Source: a virus
Lineage: Duplodnaviria; Heunggongvirae; Uroviricota; Caudoviricetes
Strand: one strand, 5' to 3'
IMG/VR virus record: IMGVR_UViG_2851976983_000001
Coordinates: 32,001 to 96,000 of that record
Length of the DNA stretch: 64,000 nucleotides
The position numbers and the translations under genes were made by a program. The notes beneath the pieces were generated by a model. It searched no databases. It worked only from the letters and a program-made list of their open reading frames with translations, and was not told where the DNA came from. Positions 51,178 to 61,822 of the stretch are shown here, piece after piece (position 1 is the stretch's first letter; each line of letters begins with the position of its first letter).

Positions 51178-51219
51178 CTCACATCCTTGTGAGACTGCCC
51201 CGGTCGGGGCAGTCGATAG

Positions 51220-54200
51220 TTAGTTACGTTGAGTGTTTGGGTTGAGTGATCCGCCAGGGCGTTTCTCTTGAGCGATAGTCTCAAGCGCGATTGCTTTCAT
51301 CCGTTGAGCGGCATTGTTCCATATGCTTTCTGTATCGCCGGATTCAGTTGTGCTACCGTCACTATGGACGTTGATCTCAATTGATACCGGAGAAAGAACA
51401 TTTCCTCCTCCACTCATACCATCGGTACTGAGCGTTACAGGGATTGTTCGACCATCAGGCAATGGAACATACGCCTCATTCATATCGCCTTCCCCAAACA
51501 ACGCCAATTGAGGTGAGTTGGCGATACCGCCTTTCTGGTATGCCCGGAGCGGGATCACGCCGTCTTTTCCGAATATGCCACCATTTGCAAACTTCGGAAT
51601 TGCAGGAATACCATTCGTGCCATCGGCAGCAGAACTGGTCAGATTGTTGAACCCGGAAGTTGAGCCAGAAGAACCGGACATCAATCCATCGAATCCACCA
51701 CCAGCCCATACTGAAACCAAACCAGATGCAACTGTCGCGCCGAAATTCAACCACTTATTACCAGAGCCGGAAGCATTAGCTCCAAGCATTGCAAACGCGG
51801 CAGACAGAGCGCCGGTAACAGAGCTGAGGTTCTGCATCGAGAAGATGGAGTCCTTCACTGCTTTTGTCTCAGCATCTTTGGCTTCGGTGCTATCAAATAG
51901 CCCCGATACCCAGCTACCAATCGCATTTGTTGCTGTGCCAATTGCGCTGGTGGTCTGCTGTGTTGTTTGCCCCAATCCAGTTACCGAACTGGACGTCTCC
52001 TTCGTGGCTTCTCCTACCGACTTGTCGCCATTAACAGTGTTGCCCATTCGTACACCTTGATTGGCAACGGCAGAAGCAACTCCAGTGAGCAAATTGCCAC
52101 TCTGTGAACTACCAGCTGCGGTGGTTCCCATCCCCAACATGTTCATTAGAGGCAGCGTGATTTGCGACTTCACGACCATATTGGTGATATCTTTCAAAAT
52201 GGACTGAGATAGGCTGGAGAAGCTCATCTTCCCGTTAATAACGAAATCAGTCAGGACATCAGTTAAGCCACTAAACAAATCAGTCCAGGTGCTTTCGATC
52301 TGCTCTGCCAAGTTTTCGTATTCCAGTGCCAACTTCTGCGTCGCAGTCCCCGTCTCTTTAATAAGCGCGGTATTGCCAGCAGCAATCAGTTGATTGATTT
52401 TCTTTGTATAAAGCGCCACAACTTTAGGATCAGACGCCTTATCACGAAGTTCTATCAACGCTTTGAGATTGCGGTTGTAGGTGTCTTCGAAATCAGCAAC
52501 TTTCTCTTCGCGAGACGGCGTATAGCCAGCACTAATAATGGAATCCGCCTCCGGTGCCCAAGTGGAGATCATCTGCTCAACATTGCGGCGATTAAACATC
52601 TCGCGATATTCAGGTGTCGCATTTTTGAGGTCTTCAAGACGTTTTTTCGCCTTGTCGATCATCTCTTGAGTGATGAACTCGTTAGGAACCGCATTAGCCA
52701 AATCTGTCAGCGATTTCGTTGTATCGCGAAGAGACTGATCAAACGATACCGTAGCCTTAGAGCTTTCACCCATTTGCCCCATAAGCTGATCGGCTTTGTC
52801 CAGAGCCTTCTGGTATCCGGCTGCCAGTTTCTGTTGCGCTGCCTGTTCCTTCTTGGCCGCACGCTGCGAGGCGTTAGCTGATCGTTGGGCTGCTTTCTCG
52901 GCAGCTGCTGCATCCTGTTCACGAGCTTTAGTTAGTGCAGCAATGGCTGCGGCACGCTCTTCATCGCTCATTTTCTCCAGAGAGCTGGCGCTGGATGCTT
53001 TCTGCAAATTAAGCTGCGTCTTGAGTTGTTTAGGCCCAATAATCGGCTTACCTTCGAAGTCCATCATCGGAGTGCCGTCAGGCAAAGTACGCTGATAAGT
53101 CGCAGAATCCATCTGGTTTCGCATATATTGCGCCAACGCCTTCTGAGCAGCTTTATCAGTTGTACCTAACCCAAGAACAGTCCCCTGGTTTGACATTACG
53201 CCCTTACCAGTTTTGGCCGCGTTATCTCTCTCGAACTCTGCCTGAGTAAGTTCCTGAGCAACGGCTTCCAAATGCTCCTGATAACCACGAATACTGCCTT
53301 GCAGTTTCTGGATTTGCTCGGTATTGCCATCCTTTTTGGCTTTTTCAAGCTGATCATTAAGAGTCGCGATTTGCTTCTCGGTCGCATTCTTACGAGAAGA
53401 AAGTGAATCAACCAGTTTTTGCGCAGGCTCCAGATAGCTTTTGTTTACCGTTTCACGTAACGGTGCCAATAGCTTGTTCTTTTCGTCATCTGAAAGTGAA
53501 CCGTCATCATTGATTTTCTGGATCTTGTCCAGAGCCTCCTGCCGGGCTTTCACGAATGTTGCCGCGAAAATCTGGTTTTCCGCTCGAATTTTCTCAATCT
53601 GAGATTCGGCAGCCTCTTTAGCCAAACGCTTTGCTACAGCGCCGTCACCAAGAGCTATCGTGCCGGTTATCTTTTGATATTCTTCCTGATTTTTTTTCAG
53701 GCGTGCTTCGATGTCAGCCTTCGACTCTTTGTGAGTAATAACACCGGCAGAGTTAGATACGTAATTAACACCCTCACCAGTTTTTAATGCTCGTTGATCA
53801 GCAAGAATCTGCTTTTCGAGCTTTTCTGCGCGGTCGGCCATTTGTGCACGTTTGGCCGCCGTCATCGCCTCTGGTATTTTCCTAATCTCGTCAACGACCT
53901 TTGAAGTTTCGCTGCGGAGCATGGTCATGTACGTGATTAGGCCAGCAACAGCTACAGTGGCAACTGTAAATGCTGCCCCTATAGGGTTTGCTGCAATGAA
54001 CGCCGTTAATCCAGCAAAAGCGCCTTTAAGCCCCGTAATCGCCCCACGGATGGCGAAAATAAGAGAGGGGATCGGAGCCAGCCCCATACGTGCCGCACGA
54101 TTGAATCGAGTTACTGCTGTAGCGCCGAGGTTAAATGGAGTCTGTATGGCGGTCGCCATCGTGGCAAAGGTGCTAACCATCTGGCTCCCAGCGCCAACTA

Positions 54201-55812
54201 CCCCCATGATCCCTGCTCGCATCAGTTTGAACGCAACCATCGCGGCCACGACCTTACCGAGATTAATTACCAGTTCTTGGTTCTTTGCTAACCATTGAGC
54301 AAGCTGACGCAACCCATCGATTGCCGTTGTTAACCCCGAACCTAAAGAATTGGCAAACGAAATCCCTTCGGCGCTATTCATGATTGAAGCCAGTTCTTTC
54401 ATCCCCTTCGATAGAGAATCCAGATATCCGGCCTGACCAACCCGATCAGCAAATAACGTGAATGACGTCTGAAGTTGCGCCAGCGCACCTGTGTAGGTTT
54501 GCATCATGTCTTTCGCTGCGTTCTCATTCTCCGCACGCAGACCAACAAACATCAGAGACAACGCCTGTTTTGCCTCAACCGTACCGCTGGCAACGGCTTT
54601 AGTCAGTTCCCCCATAGTGATGCCTGCGGCGTCTGCCATTGCCTGCATCGCGTTAGGAACGGCTTCACCTAATTGCTGACGTAGCTCTTCCATTGACACA
54701 ACGCCCTTACCGGACATCTGCTGAACGGCCACAGCCGCACGTTTCAACAGCTCACTATCACCACCAAAACGAGCAACGGAGTCCACCAGCGCCTTCAGAG
54801 AACCATCGGTTGGATCTAAGCCAGCAGAACGAAACTTCACGAAGGAGTCTGTTAACGCCTGCATCGCGAACGGCGCATTTTGAGCCATGTCTACGATGTA
54901 CTTCATATCATCAGCCGCAGCCTGGCCCGGGTTGGACTTCTCCTTATTCAACCCTCGAAGCATCACCCGCATACGTTCCATTTCGGCCGCAGCTTCAACA
55001 ATAGGCTTCTGCCACCCAAACATGATGTCAGTAACCGTTCTGGCTGCATCTCCGATCTCGCCAAGCAGGAAAATGTTGCCACGAAGGCCAGAGAACATAC
55101 CTCCTTCGTTACTTTTACCGCTATGGCCAGAAGCGCCGCTACGCCGCCCGCTACCACCATCGCCACTTCCAGATGTACGAACGCGTACCGGCTTGCTAAT
55201 CAGTTGCTGACGTCCGATAACTTCGTCCATCTGCTCACGAACCTTTTTCAGTCCCTCGGCAGCCTGACTCGTTGTGACACCCCAATTACTGAGTCGCTTC
55301 GTCGTGGTATTAAGGCGCGTATTCATGCCACTCACGGACACAGAGGCTTCTTTGACCTCCGTACCAAAGCGGCTTGCGCTTTTGCTTGCATAGGTCGCCC
55401 AATCAGAGAAATCATTTAGCTCTGATTGCACTTTACGTAATGACGCGGTGAGTTTATCTACTGAAGAAGTTGTCGTATCGACGCGCTCAATCAGGGCTTT
55501 AAGACCAGAATTGAGGCTGGTGATGTTGCCACGCATTTTACGCGTAGCATCTGAAGCAAGCTCAAAACCGGCAGCTACATCCTGTAGTTTATCTGCCGTA
55601 GAATCGAGCTTGCTTTCCAGAACGCCAATGATACGGGCGACCGAACCCAAAGAGCGTTCAAAGGTTTGGATTTTTTGAGCAGGCTTTGTTACCTGCTCAC
55701 CAAATCGAGTAAGCAGTTTCCCCGCACGATCGATTGACGCTGTAAACTGTTTGTCTTCCAGCGACAGGATAAACTCTACGTTTTGTGACATTCCCTTGTC
55801 ATCCTCTGCCAA
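51220..55812 (-). CDS. tail tape measure protein
   Basis: 1530 aa, coiled-coil-rich, Gly/Ala-rich hydrophobic segments; position upstream of M/L/K/I/J. Confidence 0.85.
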   Translation of the reverse strand: MAEDDKGMSQNVEFILSLEDKQFTASIDRAGKLLTRFGEQVTKPAQKIQTFERSLGSVARIIGVLESKLDSTADKLQDVAAGFELASDATRKMRGNITSLNSGLKALIERVDTTTSSVDKLTASLRKVQSELNDFSDWATYASKSASRFGTEVKEASVSVSGMNTRLNTTTKRLSNWGVTTSQAAEGLKKVREQMDEVIGRQQLISKPVRVRTSGSGDGGSGRRSGASGHSGKSNEGGMFSGLRGNIFLLGEIGDAARTVTDIMFGWQKPIVEAAAEMERMRVMLRGLNKEKSNPGQAAADDMKYIVDMAQNAPFAMQALTDSFVKFRSAGLDPTDGSLKALVDSVARFGGDSELLKRAAVAVQQMSGKGVVSMEELRQQLGEAVPNAMQAMADAAGITMGELTKAVASGTVEAKQALSLMFVGLRAENENAAKDMMQTYTGALAQLQTSFTLFADRVGQAGYLDSLSKGMKELASIMNSAEGISFANSLGSGLTTAIDGLRQLAQWLAKNQELVINLGKVVAAMVAFKLMRAGIMGVVGAGSQMVSTFATMATAIQTPFNLGATAVTRFNRAARMGLAPIPSLIFAIRGAITGLKGAFAGLTAFIAANPIGAAFTVATVAVAGLITYMTMLRSETSKVVDEIRKIPEAMTAAKRAQMADRAEKLEKQILADQRALKTGEGVNYVSNSAGVITHKESKADIEARLKKNQEEYQKITGTIALGDGAVAKRLAKEAAESQIEKIRAENQIFAATFVKARQEALDKIQKINDDGSLSDDEKNKLLAPLRETVNKSYLEPAQKLVDSLSSRKNATEKQIATLNDQLEKAKKDGNTEQIQKLQGSIRGYQEHLEAVAQELTQAEFERDNAAKTGKGVMSNQGTVLGLGTTDKAAQKALAQYMRNQMDSATYQRTLPDGTPMMDFEGKPIIGPKQLKTQLNLQKASSASSLEKMSDEERAAAIAALTKAREQDAAAAEKAAQRSANASQRAAKKEQAAQQKLAAGYQKALDKADQLMGQMGESSKATVSFDQSLRDTTKSLTDLANAVPNEFITQEMIDKAKKRLEDLKNATPEYREMFNRRNVEQMISTWAPEADSIISAGYTPSREEKVADFEDTYNRNLKALIELRDKASDPKVVALYTKKINQLIAAGNTALIKETGTATQKLALEYENLAEQIESTWTDLFSGLTDVLTDFVINGKMSFSSLSQSILKDITNMVVKSQITLPLMNMLGMGTTAAGSSQSGNLLTGVASAVANQGVRMGNTVNGDKSVGEATKETSSSVTGLGQTTQQTTSAIGTATNAIGSWVSGLFDSTEAKDAETKAVKDSIFSMQNLSSVTGALSAAFAMLGANASGSGNKWLNFGATVASGLVSVWAGGGFDGLMSGSSGSTSGFNNLTSSAADGTNGIPAIPKFANGGIFGKDGVIPLRAYQKGGIANSPQLALFGEGDMNEAYVPLPDGRTIPVTLSTDGMSGGGNVLSPVSIEINVHSDGSTTESGDTESIWNNAAQRMKAIALETIAQEKRPGGSLNPNTQRN

Positions 55813-56185
55813 ATATTTGCATCAGTTGCTCTTTGGCGTCAGGGTCTGCCTTATCCTGGCTTGGATCGTAGACTTTATCTGTTACGACTGGTCTTCCAAT
55901 CCTGAGTTGCAAACCCTCCATGAACGCCTTCACAGCCTCGCCATCCGCCTGGGACGCACGAGCGACTTGTAAGTTGCGGACATCCTCTTCCGCACGCAGA
56001 CGGTCTATATTGCGACTGAGCATCCAGAACATCGTGAGAGGAACGTTCAGTAGCTCTAATGGCGACACGGCGTAGTGAGCAACTACACGACTGAAATAGA
56101 ATCCGAGATCTATTGAGACGGTCCTTGTCCCGGATTCATCGCGGGAAATTACTTTGCCCCTTCGCCAGCCGCTTTTTCGTTTTCT
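55799..56185 (-). CDS. tail assembly chaperone T-like frame (-1 relative to G, overlapping G 3' end)
   Basis: Open -1 frame spans 56185 down to 55799, overlapping the last 12 codons of G; track lists it from GTG at 56068. Confidence 0.45.
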   Translation of the reverse strand, partial: RKRKSGWRRGKVISRDESGTRTVSIDLGFYFSRVVAHYAVSPLELLNVPLTMFWMLSRNIDRLRAEEDVRNLQVARASQADGEAVKAFMEGLQLRIGRPVVTDKVYDPSQDKADPDAKEQLMQIFGRG

Positions 56186-56466
56186 TCATCAATCACTTCC
56201 ATAGCGAAGGTGAAGATCTGCTGGAGTTGCGGAACAGTCAGTTTTTCAAGAACTTCGTCAGGTACTGAAGGGATAACCTTACGAACCAGATCTGCATAAG
56301 CTGTCACTTGCTCAACAGGAGACATGTTCATGAGATCTTTACCTTCCATCTGCTTGATGGAAACGAACAGACCTACCGTCATTTCAACGATGGGATATTC
56401 CTGACCGCCAAATTTGATGCTTTTCTTCGGAGGCAGAATGGAATCGAGATCGAGTAATTTGGTCAT
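56149..56466 (-). CDS. tail assembly chaperone G-like
   Basis: 105 aa acidic protein between major tail and tape measure genes. Confidence 0.6.
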   Translation of the reverse strand: MTKLLDLDSILPPKKSIKFGGQEYPIVEMTVGLFVSIKQMEGKDLMNMSPVEQVTAYADLVRKVIPSVPDEVLEKLTVPQLQQIFTFAMEVIDEENEKAAGEGAK

Positions 56467-56521
56467 TGGTTAAAATCCTTTTAAAAGAGAGGCCCATCCT
56501 GAGCCTCTGCTTAATTACTGA

Positions 56522-57304
56522 TTAATCTGCGGGGTTAATCGTTACTGATTTAGTTGCCTTCTTACCACCGCTATTGCTGGTGAAGGAGATATTTGTAGAA
56601 CCCTGCGCCACACCACGTACCAGACCCGTTTGATCTACCGTGGCCTTTTCCTGGTCTTCGGATTCCCAAACACCGGTTTTGTCTGCGGCATCAGCTGGAG
56701 TGATTTCGGCTGTCAGTTGCACAGTTTCTCCAGCTTTTACGGTTGGAGATTCCGGTGCGATCGACACAGTTTTTACCGGTTTAGGGCCGCTCATTCTTCC
56801 CAGAACGCCTTCGTCATCAGGGTATGCGCTGAACTGAACAGAGAACACACGAACATCATCAGACTGGTAGGTCATAGTGAAGTTGCCCGCGGTTGCCGCT
56901 TTCGGGATGGTCAACACATAGTCGGTGGTGTCCTGCGGAGTCAGAACCAGCTCCTTCGCCACATCAATCAGGTTAACGCCCTGTGCAGATGTGATCGTGA
57001 CAGAGTTGTCATCTTCGCTCAGAGTAGAACCAGGCATCAGGTCAACCATGTTTTGGAGTACAGACTCAGCCAGAGGCGCGGTGATGGTAATGTTGCGCCC
57101 CTGAACTAATTCGGAAATTACGGTCTGCCCCAACTGATCGACGGTGACTTTCAGTGTTTCAGTGGCTACTTCAACCTGAACACCACCTTTGGTGTAACCC
57201 AAATCCACACCACCAAACGACACCTTACAGGCACCAAGTTTGATGTTTTTTACATGGGTATTAGACATTGATGGAAAACTCCTTTTTCCGTTAATTCTAC
57301 GCAT
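56522..57304 (-). CDS. major tail protein with C-terminal Ig-like (Big_2) domain
   Basis: 260 aa; C-terminal Ig-like repeat similar to those in the 59928 ORF. Confidence 0.65.
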   Translation of the reverse strand: MRRINGKRSFPSMSNTHVKNIKLGACKVSFGGVDLGYTKGGVQVEVATETLKVTVDQLGQTVISELVQGRNITITAPLAESVLQNMVDLMPGSTLSEDDNSVTITSAQGVNLIDVAKELVLTPQDTTDYVLTIPKAATAGNFTMTYQSDDVRVFSVQFSAYPDDEGVLGRMSGPKPVKTVSIAPESPTVKAGETVQLTAEITPADAADKTGVWESEDQEKATVDQTGLVRGVAQGSTNISFTSNSGGKKATKSVTINPAD

Positions 57305-57316
57305 TCATTGCGCTAA

Positions 57317-57336
57317 TAGTAAGTATATACTTACTA
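57317..57336. promoter_or_regulatory. perfect 20 bp palindrome TAGTAAGTATATACTTACTA upstream of major tail gene
   Basis: Read directly; member of dispersed motif family. Confidence 0.45.
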
Positions 57337-57342
57337 ATTGAG

Positions 57343-57849
57343 TTAATTCAATAAATAGCCAGCAAATTCAACAGGAATGCCTGCTTCTATTAATGCCCCA
57401 TCATTTTTGGGATAAATGATTGGCATCGCCATCGGTCGAACAAGTCGAAAATAAACACCACCAGATTCCGTTTCCTCTACTGGAAACATCTCAATGATTT
57501 TATTGGCTTTCTCAACCGTCGTAGTAATTGACGAACCACGCACAATTATTGTGAATGATTCGTGGTAAAAGCCCTGTAGCTCATGATCGATGCTGATACC
57601 GGTATTTGGGTTAATAAGCAGGACGCCAGATTTCACATTGGCAGGCAAGTAGTGACAGAAAATGTCAGTCCCGACCGTGCCAATCTTTGCCTTCTGCATC
57701 AAACTTGCAAACGCTTCAATAAACACATTAACCTCTCGTAAAACCGGCTTTTCTGGCAGCCTCAAGAATCGCTTCTGAGAACTGCTTCTCGCTAATTTCC
57801 ACCGCTCTTTCCAGAAAGTGTGGCCCAACACGAGGTTTAACACCGGCAA
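57343..57849 (-). CDS. tail completion / head-tail joining protein candidate
   Basis: Position and size only. Confidence 0.35.
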   Translation of the reverse strand: MPVLNLVLGHTFWKERWKLARSSSQKRFLRLPEKPVLREVNVFIEAFASLMQKAKIGTVGTDIFCHYLPANVKSGVLLINPNTGISIDHELQGFYHESFTIIVRGSSITTTVEKANKIIEMFPVEETESGGVYFRLVRPMAMPIIYPKNDGALIEAGIPVEFAGYLLN

Positions 57850-58201
57850 TTGGTGGGTTTGTCACGTTCTTCATTCGAGAAAGATAACCGAGTCGGTATT
57901 TACCCAGCTCCATGTACTTAGCATAGTCACCTACTTCTACGCCCGGATGCCCCTGACGTGGTTTTGCTCCAGACACAGAAAGCTCAATACGCAGCCCTGA
58001 ATAACCTTCTTTAATCACCCTGGCAAAGATGGCTGTCTCCAGAGATCCGGTTTCCAGCGGGGCCATTGCACGGCTGAGACGCTCAACCAAACGCGCCAGC
58101 TTTTCCATGTCCCGAATAAGATATCGCTTAAATGCTTTCTGGCTGTTGTTGAGTCGATTCCCCGCACGTTTGAACTGATGCGCATCGTATTTCAGACCCA
58201 T
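57728..58201 (-). CDS. head-tail joining protein candidate
   Basis: Position only; overlaps neighbour in track. Confidence 0.35.
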   Translation of the reverse strand: MGLKYDAHQFKRAGNRLNNSQKAFKRYLIRDMEKLARLVERLSRAMAPLETGSLETAIFARVIKEGYSGLRIELSVSGAKPRQGHPGVEVGDYAKYMELGKYRLGYLSRMKNVTNPPIAGVKPRVGPHFLERAVEISEKQFSEAILEAARKAGFTRG

Positions 58202-58632
58202 ATATTCGCCCCTACTTCAAGATGCCCTGGTCTTCCTCGTAGCCCCCAGCGGCGATGAACACTGGACACCTTTAATTTTTGACCTTCAAGGATCAGTACA
58301 TCATCAAGTTGTACAGCCGCTTCCAAAGGGACAACTAACACAGCATCAAACAGCTCCAGACTCGCCTTACCACGACTACCAGAGCTATCAGCACGAACTG
58401 ACGATTTCTCATTACTCTGTTCGAACTTAACCACGCCGACATTCGTCTTCCTGACGAATTGTAATTGCGCCTCACCGTAAACGTTCTTTGCGCCAAAGCG
58501 GTAGATCGCAATTTCTGTTTGCCATGAAATATTCATGCTCTCTCCCTGTTGTTGTCGGTCGCTCTCATTACTGGCCAAAAACCCTTTAGACCAAAAGTAA
58601 ATAATGCGACTGGCGTTACGCACGGCGAACAA
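58192..58632 (-). CDS. head-tail connector protein candidate
   Basis: Position only. Confidence 0.35.
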   Translation of the reverse strand: MFAVRNASRIIYFWSKGFLASNESDRQQQGESMNISWQTEIAIYRFGAKNVYGEAQLQFVRKTNVGVVKFEQSNEKSSVRADSSGSRGKASLELFDAVLVVPLEAAVQLDDVLILEGQKLKVSSVHRRWGLRGRPGHLEVGANIWV

Positions 58633-59449
58633 TCATACGGTTGTTGATGTAACTGACCAGCAAGCGCCAGGTACTGCGAGCCACATGCACGTTTGCAGCT
58701 TTACCGGTACGGTACATGTTGGTTGTTTCACCGATTGACTCTGACAAAATGCCATCCTCTCGTGCTGCGGCAACATCATTGCCATTTGCGATCTCACACG
58801 CTTCGTTGACAACGGCAAGCATCAACGCTTCTTTGAAGTAGTCAGGGAACTCTTCAAACTTCTCCTGCGTCATCTTTTCCCAATCGACTAAATCATGCCG
58901 GTACGCTCCATCTGCTCCCCACGGAATGTCATACACATTCAGCATATTTTGAGGGCGATCGTATCGGTCAAAGTCGATACGTAGAATTTTGCGGATTGAG
59001 AACGGTAAAGTTTTAATTCGTCTGGTAGCCTCAATGAGACGCTTGCGCATTAAGCCTTCACCATCCGACAGCAAAGTGTCCCCATTCAGCATATCGATCG
59101 CCTGCATTTGAGCATCAGCGACAGTTGCAAACGACTGTTCTGGTATCGACAGTTCAAAACTATTCAGCAGAACATACATTTGCCGCTCTTCATGCATCAG
59201 ACCCGATGCAACAGCCTTCACAATGACGTACCGCAGATCGCGTTCTTTCTCAGAGAGCTGGTTATATTCAGCCGACACGACAACCGGAATCGACATTTGA
59301 CCGCTGGTGATTTCTAGCGGCTCGCCATCAACGAGAATAGCCCCGGTGCTGTCCTTTACTGTGTAGGTAGCAGATTCGATATCCAGCACGTTGAAGGCAA
59401 ATGAAAGGGAAACAGCTTCACCGCTACGATACGAGTCGATCTGCGCCAT
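58616..59449 (-). CDS. hypothetical structural protein (277 aa)
   Basis: Position only. Confidence 0.35.
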   Translation of the reverse strand: MAQIDSYRSGEAVSLSFAFNVLDIESATYTVKDSTGAILVDGEPLEITSGQMSIPVVVSAEYNQLSEKERDLRYVIVKAVASGLMHEERQMYVLLNSFELSIPEQSFATVADAQMQAIDMLNGDTLLSDGEGLMRKRLIEATRRIKTLPFSIRKILRIDFDRYDRPQNMLNVYDIPWGADGAYRHDLVDWEKMTQEKFEEFPDYFKEALMLAVVNEACEIANGNDVAAAREDGILSESIGETTNMYRTGKAANVHVARSTWRLLVSYINNRMIVRRA

Positions 59450-59883
59450 TACTCACCGCCTTGTGCTTTCAGGATGCCTTCAATCATCTCGACAATTCCT
59501 TTCGCTTTGACACCAACCTGATTACCAATCACACGTAGACCGGCAATGCCTTCATTGTCTGCAATTGACTCCAACTCTTCTCGTGTGAAAGTCTGGATCT
59601 GTTTGGCCGGTTCATCTGGTGTCCCACGTTTCATTGGCACAATGTCAGGTGCTGCTGGCTCGGTAATCAGGTCTGCGGTCAACTCGCCACGATCACTGTA
59701 TGCGGCAGACGGAGAAACATTTTTGCCCTCGACTGTTGATGCTCGCATTGAGGCACAAATCCTTTGCTGATCGATAAAAGGCAACTCCGCTACGGACACC
59801 CCGTTCTCGAACTGAACGCCGCACAACATTCCCGAATAACCGGAAAATTGCGGTTCTAATAAAACAATTTTTGCTGGTTTCAT
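59449..59883 (-). CDS. hypothetical structural protein (144 aa)
   Basis: Position only. Confidence 0.35.
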   Translation of the reverse strand: MKPAKIVLLEPQFSGYSGMLCGVQFENGVSVAELPFIDQQRICASMRASTVEGKNVSPSAAYSDRGELTADLITEPAAPDIVPMKRGTPDEPAKQIQTFTREELESIADNEGIAGLRVIGNQVGVKAKGIVEMIEGILKAQGGE

Positions 59884-59927
59884 AACGCATTCTCTCTACA
59901 TGGGCGGCTTTCGCCGCCCAATATTGA

Positions 59928-60848
59928 TTATTCCTGTGCAGCAGTGACTTCTACGGTCGCTGTCGCTTTGTGGCTACCATCTTGGGTAGTAACCTCGATT
60001 GTGGCAGTACCAGCCGCAACGCCAGTTACAACACCGGTTTCGCTATCCACCGTTGCAAACTCGGTATTTTTGGATTCCCAAGTAACGGTTTTATTTGTTG
60101 CTCCTGCCGGCTCGACATTTGCGGTCAGCTGAACAGTTTTGTTTGCCTCAACGGTTGTGCTATTTGGGTCGATTTCGACGCCGGTAACAGCCACAACAGG
60201 CGCAGTTACTTCCACCGTTGCAGTTGCCTTTTTGCTGCCATCTTGGGAAACGATCTCAATCGTCGCAGTGCCAACTTCTACACCAGTAACGTTCCCGCTC
60301 TGGTCTACCGTTGCCTTATCTTCATTTTTGGAAGACCAGGTAACAGCCTTATTCGTCGCATTTGACGGCTGAACATTCGCTTTCAGACTGACTGATTTCC
60401 CTTTCTCAACAGACGTTGATTCTGGCGTTACCGTTACGGATTGAACGGCTACCGGATTTACGGTGACTTCCACTGAAGCGGAAAGCTGGGTTTCCTGATC
60501 AGTTGCAGTAATTTTTACTTTGCCTGGTGCTACGCCAGTTACTAATCCAGTGCCGTTAACGGTTGCAATTTGGTCATTGGCTGACTTCCAGGTGAATGAA
60601 CTGGCACTCTTACCCATACTAATACCTGCACTAAGTTGAACAGTTTTCCCAACCAAAACTGACGGTGAAGCCGGGGTTATGTTTACGGATTGGGAGAGGG
60701 GAACCGCCTGCAAACAAGCAGATAGCTGACTTTGTTGCCGCTCGGTTAAAGGTTCATCGGAGATAGAATTGGTAAATCCGGCACGGCACATATGCCCCGT
60801 AAAATCCGAAAATGCCTCTTCCGTAATCTTCATCTTTTGTTCTGGCAT
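59928..60848 (-). CDS. Ig-like (Big_2) repeat protein, head decoration candidate
   Basis: Three tandem repeats of the pattern VxVTPxSxxVxxGxxxQLxAxVxPxxATNKxVTWxSxN...ATVDxxGxVTGV. Confidence 0.6.
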   Translation of the reverse strand: MPEQKMKITEEAFSDFTGHMCRAGFTNSISDEPLTERQQSQLSACLQAVPLSQSVNITPASPSVLVGKTVQLSAGISMGKSASSFTWKSANDQIATVNGTGLVTGVAPGKVKITATDQETQLSASVEVTVNPVAVQSVTVTPESTSVEKGKSVSLKANVQPSNATNKAVTWSSKNEDKATVDQSGNVTGVEVGTATIEIVSQDGSKKATATVEVTAPVVAVTGVEIDPNSTTVEANKTVQLTANVEPAGATNKTVTWESKNTEFATVDSETGVVTGVAAGTATIEVTTQDGSHKATATVEVTAAQE

Positions 60849-60862
60849 TTCTCGCTCCTACA

Positions 60863-60889
60863 AAAAGGGTGGGCGTATAGCCCACCCTT
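60863..60889. repeat. hairpin AAAGGGTGGGC-GTATA-GCCCACCCTTT between capsid and decoration genes
   Basis: Perfect stem just upstream of the AGGAG RBS of the decoration gene; possible partial terminator. Confidence 0.4.
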
Positions 60890-60921
60890 TAACATAGATA
60901 ACTACTTATCTACTACACTGA

Positions 60922-61797
60922 TTAAATTTTTACATTGGTCAGTGCAGCGATAGCCTTATCGTGCTTATTCGCCAGAGAGCAGTACCACTTCACACGGGTA
61001 CGTACTGCGTCTTTGTTCTGTACAGTACCAATGTTTTCAACAACGATACCTGCGTTGTCGCCGCCATACAGACCAGTAACGCCGTTCTCTTCTGACAGAT
61101 GCAGGCAGTAGATGCTTGCTTTGCCAGAATCGGTCGGGATGAAGTCGTTGATGATGAACGGAACGCCGTTATGACACAGCATCGGACGACCGAAGTTCTC
61201 CATCATGATTTCAGACGGACCTACGTTTACTGTACGCAGCAGCGCACGGTAAGCACGCAGGTGCTCTGAACGCATCATGATGCAGTCAGCACCAAGATCT
61301 TTCACCGCATCGACCAGTTCGTCGAACATAGAGAAAGTCATAGATGCACCGGCGATATCGATCTTCTGATCTGCGTGCATCAGGCGTGGAATGCCGTCAA
61401 ACGCCTTGTTGTTGGAGCTGGAGTCACCCAAAATCAGGTTGCGACGGAACGCACGAGCCAGACCTTTAACTTTCTGACGAACCTGAATAGCCAACTGGTT
61501 GTTGGTGTCGGCCATAGTGGTCGCCAGGAATTTATCAACGTCTACGTCACCTGCCAGAATACGCAGTTTCGCAACGCATTCTTCGAAGGTTGCTGCACCT
61601 TCAGGGATGGTGTCGTTAACGTCGATGAAGGTAGCTTCACTCAGCGTTTTTTCACGGTTGTACAGATATGCCTTTGAATTAATTTTCATAAAAGGCAGGA
61701 TGGCAAACAGGTCATCGCGATCGATGATGGTTTCAATCACGCCCTGTTCAAGTTCGTTGTTAGACAGCTTTTCAGCTTCTTCACGCAGTAATGGCAT
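60922..61797 (-). CDS. major capsid protein candidate
   Basis: 291 aa directly downstream of scaffold-like gene; no motif confirmation. Confidence 0.5.
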   Translation of the reverse strand: MPLLREEAEKLSNNELEQGVIETIIDRDDLFAILPFMKINSKAYLYNREKTLSEATFIDVNDTIPEGAATFEECVAKLRILAGDVDVDKFLATTMADTNNQLAIQVRQKVKGLARAFRRNLILGDSSSNNKAFDGIPRLMHADQKIDIAGASMTFSMFDELVDAVKDLGADCIMMRSEHLRAYRALLRTVNVGPSEIMMENFGRPMLCHNGVPFIINDFIPTDSGKASIYCLHLSEENGVTGLYGGDNAGIVVENIGTVQNKDAVRTRVKWYCSLANKHDKAIAALTNVKI

Positions 61798-61822
61798 CTA
61801 TCAATTCCCTTTGATTTAGATG

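Noticed and set aside
51314-55678. Numerous 60-180 aa track ORFs on the plus strand within the tape measure gene
   Set aside because: Antisense to a well-supported 1530 aa gene, with no independent start signals
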